A stretch of DNA of 64,000 nucleotides from Magallana gigas (lineage: Eukaryota). The first letter of the stretch is position 1, and every line of letters begins with the position of its first letter. The stretch spans positions 11,594,001-11,658,000 of the forward strand of contig NC_088854.1 in assembly GCF_963853765.1 (NCBI RefSeq), written 5' to 3'. Below the pieces are notes generated by a model. That model was not told the origin of the DNA. It ran no database searches and worked only from the letters and a program-made list of their open reading frames with translations. The translations under genes and the position numbers were made by a program. Shown in pieces: positions 53,601 through 61,844 of the stretch.

Positions 53601-56600
53601 TGTCGGCTAGAGATAAAAAAAACGAATAAAGATATAGGGCTGAAATTTTCAGTGAGGATAGACAGCAATTGTACCTGTTGCAACATGGTCATAAAAACGT
53701 CTGCCGTCACTTCCGGTCATCACCGGAAGGAAAGATAAAAAATCAATTTTTTCAACTTTTTGCTTTTAATATATTTTTCTAACGGGTTGATAGAGACTCT
53801 TTTACTGATTCAGAATATGTAATTTGTTTTGAAATCGATTGATGTGTTCCCGAGATATTAAGCATCAAAGTCCTGAAGCGAGAGTCTGAGTAGCTCGGTC
53901 ATTAGAGTCGTGGACTTGTGCCCAGGCGACCCGGGTTCAAGCTTCGGGTGCCGAAATTTTTTTTCCTAATTTTTTTTTGGGTTGATTAACAATTTAGTCT
54001 TAAAAGTGAGGGATTTTATCTCATTTATTCAAAAATCGGACGGAAGACCCATTCGTTGCTCGCAACGAGATCGTATCTAGTTATTATTCTTTTTTTGTCT
54101 TACAAATTTTGTGCAGGCGATTTCTCAGAGATTTCCTTCAAATTGTCAGGGCTGATGCCTAGTCATATGAATTTTATACTGCCGGTACAATTTTGAAAAA
54201 TTCACTTCTGGTCGAAAGTAATCGACGTTTTACGATTTTTAAAAGTCAATTTTGTCTGCGATGTTTCTCAGAAACGAGTAAAGATAGAGAACTGAAATTT
54301 TCAGAGATGATAGATCTAGCAATTTCCTGGTGTACCTCGGTCAAGAAAATGTTGGCCGTCACTTCCGCTCGTCACCGGAAGCAAATTTAAAAAATGAAAA
54401 TGTTCAACTTTTTATTTTTATATATTTTTTCCAATTAGATGATAGTGACCCTTTTGCTGATTCAGAATATGTAATTTGTTTTGAAATCGATCAAGGCATT
54501 CTTGAGAAATTAAGCGTCAAAGTTCTGAAGCGAGAGTCTGAGTAGCTCAGTCGATAGAGTCGTCGACATGGCCCAGGCGACCAGGGTTCAAGCCCGGAGT
54601 GCCGCAAATTTTTTGTTTACTATTTTTCGCTTAGATCTACAGTTTTATCTTTGAATTGATAAGTTTGATCTAATCTATTCAAAAATCGGACGGAAGACCC
54701 ACTCGGTGCTCGCAACGAGATCGAATCTAGTTATCTGTATTTTTCTATTAATTGACTATGATTAATTGGTATGATTTCTGTAGGGGTGATATCCTCAGGT
54801 AAGCCAGGGGAGTGTATGGGCCTGTCTCCCACAGCTGTCAGGGGTTTAATCAACGACTGTACGACTGATGAAGACTGTCCCAGCACCAGTAAATGCTGTC
54901 TCAACAAGTGTCAGGTCCCCATTAACAGTAAGAGCATTTTCCATTGAAGAATATGTGTTTCTTTCTCCATACCAGACTCTTTAGATTTATACAAGTTGAA
55001 AATTATAACCAATATAAATTCTCTGATGTTACTTAAAATCTATATATGTATTACATGTTTGTAAATATATTTTTCATCAAAGATCATTTCCCATCTATTC
55101 ACCATTCACTGCCCATTGCTCATTAAATAACATTTATGGATGAATACCTTTTTCACCTCATTTGAATATCTCTCTGTATTTGTAGTTTTACCGCGGCAGA
55201 ATGCTTGCGATTTGCTCCCAGTGGCCGGCCCCTGTAAGGGCCGCATGGTCCGCTATTTCTACAATTCAGCCAACAAGCAGTGCCAACAGTTTGTGTATGG
55301 TGGTTGTCAAGGAAACGATAATAACTTTGGGTCCCAAGAAGCCTGTGAGAGAGCCTGCTCTGCTGGTAAGATATGGTAAAATTTGTTAAAATTGTACTTT
55401 GATACTCAAATACATGGTTATACTTCAATAATTACAATATTTGATAGCTGGACTTCCACCCCAGTGCTTGCCTGCTCCAGATCCTGGGAGATGTAAGGCC
55501 CAGATTCCAATGTACTTCTACAACATCACCAGCAATATATGTGAAAAGTTTGATTATGGAGGCTGTGATGGGAACAGAAACCGGTTCTTGACCCTGACAC
55601 AGTGCCTCAGTACATGCAGTGAGTGACATTGGTGCCCTTTAGCAGTACCAGTACTGAGTAGTATGAGGAATCAAAGACCTTAGTTTATTTTCAGTTTTTG
55701 TCAACTTGTAAAAGGACATGTTTGTTTGTTAATCAGAATGGTAACAATTTAGTTTGTGATAAATGGTTAACACAGATTGTTATATGATTTCTCCTTTTGC
55801 AGGTTCAAAGGATGTACAAGCTGGGCCTTGTGAGGTAAAGTAACTTTGTGTTGTCTTAACAGCTACCTGAAATTTATATCATAAATTATTAAAGAGTTAG
55901 GAAATACATTGAAATGTTACCTTGAAAGAAAAAGCTATTTATCAGTGCATTTTCTTGATATCAGTTAAGCCCTACTAATATGATATTCAATCAATTTAGA
56001 TAAAATAGTGGGTTCTCCACATAAAATGCATATACTTTTGAACTATTTTACACATTACTAATTATTGACAATATTTTGTTTCAGAAAATACGATGTGCAG
56101 CTGACACCATTTGTTTGCCTGTCAGTGGTACCGAAGCCAAGTGCATATGTAAGTACAATTTCAACAGATTTCTCTGCACAATACATGTACTTGTTGTCTG
56201 TGATATCATATATTTGAGCCGTGTTGTTTTGAAAACTCTTCCTAGCAAAAAATTTTGTTTTCTTACTTACGAACTGTACAATATGAAACTTTATGTACAG
56301 TTATACTTAGGATCAAGGTTAAAGGTTATTTGAATGGATTGGCTACTGTTAATAATGATCATGCTCTGCATATATACTGCTACATCTCATTTAAGTATCT
56401 GTGATGAAGCACCATGTACATGTATGATTAAAAAGTATAGATACCTAATTTAAACGAAATCAAATGTGACTTGACTGATGTCTGTTTCCAGCTGACAAAG
56501 TTCCCCCAGTCGTGGATGGGAACTTTGTCCCAGACTGTCTGGAGAATGGAGACTTTGCTGAGATGCAGTGCTTGGGTTCTCTGTGCTGGTGTGTGGATGT

Positions 56601-59600
56601 TCATGGGGACATGAAACCCAACACCATGAGAGTGGGGAAGCCACCTTGCTACAAATCGGGTAAGTTTACATGTGGAATGTTGTATACAAATTATAACTTT
56701 TGAAAAGTCTTTACATGATAAACTTGTCATATAATAAATGGATATTTTTTCAACAGCTGATAAGGCCTTTGTTTTATTTACAGTTTCAGGGGTCACTGGT
56801 GCTGATGAAATTTCCAAAGTACCAGGTACGTGTAAAAGAATGTATTCAAATTCAAGCACCAAAAAATTCTATCTAAATAAGAAAAAACCTTCTGTTTATG
56901 ATCCAAACTATTTCTATGTTTCCGGATTTTAATACTTTACAGTGTGTGCTGATGGCAGTGCTCCAATGCTGTGTGATAAGAATGAGTGCAGGACAGCTAA
57001 GTGTGAGGGTCGGAAGGACGCCACCTGTGTGGTGGACCCCTGTAACAAATGTCAGGTCTCCTTCAGGGACTCCAACAACAAACCAGTCACCTGTGAAGGT
57101 AAGTAACAAAAAGTCGGTGGAGTGACTAAATGGTAGCTAAAAGGAGCAATAATTTTGGCATGTCAGTTCATGTTTGTTAACCCTTAAGATAATTATGTTT
57201 TTGTCGAACTGCCTGCAACTTTAACTTTACAAGATAGAGATGAATCTGAAAGGTCAATGTCAGTGTAGGGTCATGGCTATTACAAGGTCATATTTGCTTC
57301 CTTAAGACTTTGTCATTGCATCTTATAAAACTAACATTTTCTCAACTTAATTATTTGTTATTTTTATTAAATTTTTCATGAAGAACAAATAGGTACTACT
57401 CTAATTTATTAGAAAATGTAACTTGATAATTTGTCACTTTGAATATGACAGGCATCTTATCCATCTATTATGTTTATACATGTACTAATTGTACTAAATT
57501 CTGCAAAAAGCTGTCTACGCAATTTTTCATTGAAATACTCATTTCTGTTGTTTTTTCAACCTTATAGTCGACAAATGTTCTCTGAAGATTCCTATTTCTG
57601 CATCTCGGAATAAGCAAGGCTGTGGAAATTTGGTTCAGCGCTGGGTGCATGATGCAAACACTGGAAAATGTGAACACTTTCTGTTCTCTCCTTGTGATGG
57701 AGAAGATGTGTATTATACGAGTCAGTGGGAGTGTAGATCCAAATGTATAGGTAAGTTGGGCACTTCACTCATTTATAATTACTGGTAAGACCTACTTTAG
57801 CTTAATTTCATAATGTACAAAAGTTTTGACTTTTTAATTTGTATTTCCACTAAAATGTTAAGGAGAGACTTGGGAATCATTTAAATTCATGGGTGCAAAT
57901 TTCATGGATTGTGAAATGTTAGGTTATTGGTGGTGTCCAGGATGTAAATTTGTGTGGGAAGGCTACCCTCGAAGTGAGCCACCACGAATTATAGCTCCAC
58001 AATTTGCAAACAACTTTTTTTTTTCTCAGCATATTATTTGTTGCATTTTTCTTTTTCCCCTGAGAATGACAGTACTTTCCTGTTATTGTCCACTCAAAAC
58101 TGAAACAATTTTCTACTATATGTGTAATGTTTATCTTAGATTTGTTGTTATTTTAAGGTACCATCTGTGATGGTAAAGGTCCCAAGAGTTGCAGCACTAG
58201 TTGTACTGATCAGGTGTGTCGTCGATTTCCGGCCGCTCAGTGTCAGGTACACCCCTGTACCTGTGATGTGGTCTTCTATGACCTGGTCTCCAATGTACCT
58301 GTAGACTGTGATTCAGGTATTAAGTAGTCCTTTCAAAAAAATAAAAACGTTAATAATTTTATCATTTTGTAAATGTACAATGAAATCAAATTAACTAAGT
58401 AGGGAATAAAATCGTAGAATTTGCCTAAAATGATATTTCTTTTGTTACTTATGACCCACAGTCACTCCACTATGCCAGCTGAGACGATCACAGGAAAAAC
58501 GGAAAGCTCTGATGCAGGAGATGGACAGCTCTAAGGTGTCAGAGTCGGTGCCCATCTCTGTGTGTGATGCCAAGGGGGAGTTTACTCCACAACAGTGTGA
58601 CACAAAAGCAAAGAAATGCTGGTGTGTGGATGGCCTGGGGAACCAGCTTCAGGGATCAGAAAGAATTGGAACCAGTCCAGGACAGGACATTGGTTGCAGT
58701 AAGTTATGTTCTTGTGTAATTTATTTGTGGATAGAATTTTTGACTGTCAGAATAAAACGATAAGTTTGATTTTATTGGTTCTACATTTGTGAGCTTTCTT
58801 TATTTTACAGAGCAGAATAAAACCACTTCAGCAGTGGTATCTTTGTTATTCAACTTGGATTATAATGTGTATGTCCAAGGCAAAGAAGACAAGCTAAAAC
58901 AGTAAGGCTTTATCCCTATGTCCGCTAAAAGCATTCTACGAATGGAATTTACAATTTGACTTCTGTATTACAATTTGGTTAATTCTGTATTCAGTACTAT
59001 TTTCATGGATTTCATGAAAACAAATGTTTATAGAGTTAAATGTGACATAATGAAAACTAGTGACAAGCCAAGTGTCCTTAAATTTTAATATGCATCATCT
59101 AAAACGTAACTTACATGTAACTTAATCCATGAAAATCAATGCAAAAAAATGATAAATCACAGTTTAAAATGAACTACTTGTAGTTGCTTAATGTTTATGT
59201 GGTTTTTACAGTATGGTTATTTGGTCATTTTAGGGTTGTGATGGCAAAATTAAAGGAAATATCTCCGAAGATGGTTCAATATGTCAAGTCAGTGAAGGTA
59301 AAAATTTGTTGATTCATGTATTAAAGTTGTAATATACATGGAGAGAATAACAGAGCAGTCATGACTTACAGAGAAAATCACATCATGAACCTTGTACAGT
59401 AACTGTAAATGCTAATAGCTTTTAAATGAGGTAAAGTCTTGGAACAATATAAGACATTTAATTGATCTTTGTTTAATGAACCTGATACTTTCTGTGTAGA
59501 TAAGGAAGGGCAGTGTGTATGTTGATGTTGAGTTCGGACAAACTATGGCTTCTACAGAACCAGTGGACATTGGGAGCCTGGTGAATGTCCTGGAGAACGA

Positions 59601-60437
59601 GGTAAACACAATGAAATCAGAGGCTGAATATATTGTTAGACTTGACTATTTTAAGTAAACTTCAATGAATTCATCTTGAATACTGTTGACGCACTTCTGA
59701 ATATAAAGTGTTTTAAATTTCCCATATTGTAGGTATACAGCGGACTGGACATGAGATTTGAGGGCCAGACTATAACAGCGGAGCCCTCTGTGTCTTCCTC
59801 TTTTACCTTCCAAGCTCAGACGGCAGGAGATGTGTCCAAATCTCCAGCAGACGGGAGCAATGACAGCCAGACAACAACCATTGTTGTTGTTGTTATCTGC
59901 GCTGTTGTTTTAATCGCCATACTGGTGTTCTTTGTTGTATGTATTACTTTGAAACGTTGCATGCTAAAAATATTTTATTGTTTTTAATTTAATTTTCATT
60001 TTTTTTTTTTTTTTTAGAATATTTTTAATTACTTCGAAAATTTTCCTATTTTAGATTCGTAAAAGGAGAAGTCAAGAAAAGGCATTTTCAAACCTTAATA
60101 CAAGTGTAAGTTGTTCAGCTTTCATTGCAACATTTTACAAGATTTGTGTTGCTTTTGTTTTATTTCATTGTATATAAATACACGGCAAAGCTAAATTATA
60201 ACTTATTTTATTTTTACCGACCGCATATTTAAATCCTTTGTTGAGATTGTGACATATGTTGTTTTTATAGTAAATGGTGTAATATTATACTTTGATGTTC
60301 CAGAATTCAGTCATGAAATCATTTTAACCAATCATATCGCTATATAAAATTAAATCTGGATGTTGCAGGATCCTGAAGGAAGTCCCATAAAACAGAATTC
60401 AGTGTATTACCAAAACAAGGCTTGTGACAGAAAATAA
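34866..60437 (+). CDS. Unnamed type I membrane mosaic protein of about 1874 aa (lustrin-like Cys repeats, WAP, thyroglobulin type-1, PAN, Kunitz, FOLN, SEA-like, TM)
   Basis: 43 in-frame GT-AG coding exons (5625 nt): 34866-34923, 37590-37715, 41092-41217, 43026-43145, 43321-43443, 43734-43862, 44123-44278, 44711-44801, 44999-45126, 45241-45396, 45748-45873, 46015-46134, 46574-46702, 46891-47010, 47261-47380, 47847-47966, 48267-48515, 49266-49409, 50577-50714, 50832-50987, 51138-51293, 51430-51567, 51939-52073, 52170-52310, 52743-52901, 53005-53148, 54784-54927, 55186-55365, 55448-55618, 55803-55834, 56085-56148, 56492-56659, 56784-56825, 56943-57098, 57568-57750, 58158-58316, 58462-58698, 58811-58901, 59234-59297, 59500-59601, 59733-59936, 60055-60105, 60369-60437 (TAA). 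Confidence 0.85.
37590..43443 (+). CDS. Six-Cys lustrin-like repeats 1-4 (exons 37590-37715, 41092-41217, 43026-43145, 43321-43443)
   Basis: Each exon encodes C-x(11)-C-x(5-6)-C-x(5-6)-C-x(4-6)-CCP, e.g. LCPSGSPFIVKKCSNDSACSTVSEYCHQGTCCP. Confidence 0.85.
38316..38435. mobile_element. Truncated TA-flanked MITE end (tacagtaaaacttggttatagcgaa...)
   Basis: tacagta terminus and repeated ttatagcgaa/ttatatccg motifs with retained CpGs; the partner TIR was not found. Confidence 0.45.
38461..39090 (+). mobile_element. Helentron-associated non-autonomous element (HINE-type), 3'-truncated, with about 2.5 monomers of a 165-172 bp satellite resembling oyster Cg170/HindIII
   Basis: Starts ttttt-aggtcacctgagctgaaagctcaag (hairpin tgagct-gaa-agctca), then a gtcc/gtct microsatellite, then aaaatcttcttctca landmarks at about 38714, 38886 and 39051. 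Family name recalled from the literature, not database-verified. Confidence 0.75.
39880..40614 (+). mobile_element. Complete HINE-type (Helentron non-autonomous) element with three 180-bp internal tandem repeats
   Basis: 5' subTIR aaccgggtttt (39884-39894) pairs with a nearby IR (39902-39916) and with the 3' subTIR aaaacccggtt (40575-40585). Also a (ggcg)n microsatellite, monomers starting at about 39969, 40149 and 40329, and a 3' hairpin gctgtca-cat-tgacagc (40587-40603). T-rich insertion site. Confidence 0.85.
43734..45396 (+). CDS. WAP-WAP-thyroglobulin type-1-WAP block
   Basis: GDCP..[127 protein letters not shown]. Confidence 0.9.
45748..47966 (+). CDS. Six-Cys repeats 5-10 (six exons; duplicates of earlier exons plus a near-identical triplet)
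   Basis: 45748-45873 matches 41092-41217; 46015-46134 matches 43026-43145; 46891-47010, 47261-47380 and 47847-47966 are near-identical 120-nt exons. Confidence 0.88.
46210..46435. repeat. Intronic higher-order minisatellite (96-bp unit = 27+27+27+15 bp subunits)
   Basis: gcttaaccaaagaaa landmarks at 46210, 46301 and 46397; subunits aacc(a/c)..agaaa..att..at..tgttt. Confidence 0.8.
47470..47689. mobile_element. Degenerate MITE
   Basis: Left end ttgtaaattccttatt matches the reverse complement of the right end (ctgtatattcctaatt) at 13/16; the right end closes with tacagta; about 220 bp, no ORF. Confidence 0.6.
48267..48515 (+). CDS. PAN/apple-like domain exon
   Basis: IC...SVEACKAACDRDTISDCIGVVY...KCTKF...SEFYERHC: six Cys with PAN spacing. 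Confidence 0.75.
49266..52310 (+). CDS. Six-Cys lustrin-like repeats 11-17 (seven exons)
   Basis: LCPN..LL..GxPKxC...xCxxxxYxC...YCCP pattern, one repeat per phase 1-1 exon. Confidence 0.85.
52743..53148 (+). CDS. 8(+1)-Cys module copy 1, followed by a putative N-terminal segment of a thyroglobulin type-1 domain
   Basis: VCPNGTAPMCCKLDLCVQNSCPSNPTAKCRINPCGGCKVEFYDDKNTPVDC, then ALSRCEKLRLKAL. Confidence 0.75.
53343..54730 (+). mobile_element. Head-to-tail pair of Helentron/Helitron-like non-autonomous elements (copy 1 about 53343-54080; copy 2, lacking the 5' hairpin, 54081-54730)
   Basis: 5' perfect hairpin gggtcttccg-tcttcag-cggaagaccc (53348-53374). The 3' subTIR cggaagaccc is at 54041 and 54691, each followed by a hairpin (tcgttgc-tc-gcaacga) and a CTAG|TT end (54077-54080, 54727-54730). 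Bodies are clearly homologous. Confidence 0.8.
53882..53953 (+). other. tRNA-derived cassette inside the element (second copy 54534-54605); not a functional tRNA
   Basis: A-box-like tagctc(a/g)gtc..tagag and B-box-like gggttcaagc at tRNA spacing; acceptor and anticodon stems do not pair cleanly. Confidence 0.55.
54784..56148 (+). CDS. Six-Cys WAP-like domain, two canonical Kunitz domains and a follistatin-N-like module
   Basis: KPGEC..DCTTDEDCPSTSKCCLNKCQVP; CDLLPVAGPCKGRMVRYFYN..CQQFVYGGCQGNDNNF..C..AC; CLPAPDPGRCKAQIPMYFYN..CEKFDYGGCDGNRNRF..C..TC; PCEKIRCAADTICLPVSGTEAKC. Confidence 0.92.
56492..58698 (+). CDS. Thyroglobulin C-half, linker, 8-Cys module 2, divergent Kunitz, 8-Cys module 3, complete thyroglobulin type-1 domain
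   Basis: FVPDCLENGDFAEMQCLGSLCWCVD; VCADG..CVVDPCNKCQVSFRD..VTC; KCSL..GCGNLVQRWVHDANTGKCEHFLFSPC..ECRSKC; ICDGK..CQVHPCTCDVVFYD..VDC; PLCQLRR..VCDAKGEFTPQQC..KCWCVD..GC. Confidence 0.85.
58811..60437 (+). CDS. SEA-like juxtamembrane domain, Ser/Thr stalk, TM helix and 39-aa cytoplasmic tail
   Basis: VSLLFNLDY...VKIRKGSVYVDVEF; TM TIVVVVICAVVLIAILVFFV; stop-transfer IRKRR; tail ending NSVYYQNKACDRK*. Confidence 0.8.
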
Positions 60438-61844
60438 TCCCTAAAGGGGAGCAACTCTTCAGAAATCCAGGAAATTCTCGGAAATCCATCATTGTTTGAG
60501 ACCACCTTGGAAGTCATCATTTTGCTCATAATGTGCTATGTATATTTTTCACATGATTGTAAATGAAGTTTATTATATTGGATTTTTCATGATGAGAAGT
60601 AAGATTCTGAAATAGAGAATTTAACTAAGGGAAAAACACAAAATTTATAAATGATAATTTTTATTTATTAAATGAAAATTACCATATATATACAATGTAA
60701 CTTAGGTAACATATGACTCAATATATGAAATAAATAGATAACATAAAATGCATTATTATATCAAGAAACAAATAAAAGAGGTGCAAGTAAATACACTTTT
60801 AAAGATAAATAATATGTTGATGTCAAAATTATTATGTGTTGAATTTATGAATATGAAATAGTTCTCTTCTAAAGAGCATTCAATGGCTTAAATATCAGTT
60901 TGTATCAACAGCCTGCCATGATTTAATTGGAATTTGAAATGTCAGCATCTGTAATGCGTAATAAGAAGTAGGCTTGAAGCTTATACTGAAGTGCATCTAC
61001 TTATTTATAATTAGAGCTACCAAGTTTTAGCTCTGACAGTTTTCAAACAATGAACAAATTTACATTTCAACAAGAAACAATAGCTACTTTGATTCTGTGT
61101 TGTTTTGTCTTATTACAGGCAAATTTCATTCTTTGACAAAATATTCATTGATTCAAGTATATTACAGTATATACATGTAAACTTAAAAGATATTTCATGA
61201 CATTTTTGACAATTTTAGTATCAAAATATACACAAGTTGTTTGTATAATTAAGCTTTACACTACTTATAACAATTTATAAATTCTTGTGCTAGACATGTA
61301 CTTTGTAGCTTTTGTACTTTTCTATCTCTTTGTGGTGTTTAAATCGTTTACATTCCCTACCAAATTGTTAGATTTTGTGTTGTAAATATGGACATCTCAG
61401 ATGTATACCTCACTGTGTATGTTGTGCTATATAATGTAACATTTACATGTGGTTGCTGGTTCATCCTAGTGCATTAACTCATACATAAAACACACATACA
61501 TACATACGCTATTGATGGCATGGGTAAGAAATCATTTCTAAAATTTGTTGAACTTTATTTAATGAATTTGTGATGTTTCAAAACAAATCATGTAATAAAT
61601 TTGTGTATCAAACTTGTTTAGTTATAGTTGTCTATGTATTTGATACGTAAAATTTTTAAAAATCAAAATAGGCAAATCATGCATCCAATTTTGATCTTAA
61701 GATATGCCAATATGAGGGATTGCATGGAATGAAATTAAATTTCATTTCTTGGTTTTGATATTGTTACGTTTTGAATTAAGAGATATAAATTATATAATTG
61801 ACCATCATAGACTAGAACATATTTATGGAACTCCTCTGTTTCAT

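Noticed and set aside
53882-54605. Functional tRNA genes
   Set aside because: Box-like motifs only; cloverleaf stems are not satisfied and both copies lie inside a repeated element.
57885-59165. Two very degraded MITE-like patches (about 57885-58010 and 58985-59163; also about 44388-44500)
   Set aside because: TIRs too decayed to delimit without a library search.
59212-59233. Upstream acceptor (tttttacag) for the second SEA exon
   Set aside because: Introduces an in-frame TAG; the acceptor at 59233 keeps the frame.
60106-60177. Intron-retention isoform adding a hydrophobic C-terminus (VSCSAFIATF...HCI*)
   Set aside because: A perfect GTAAGT donor and a good downstream exon exist; hydrophobic read-through is expected from T-rich intron sequence.
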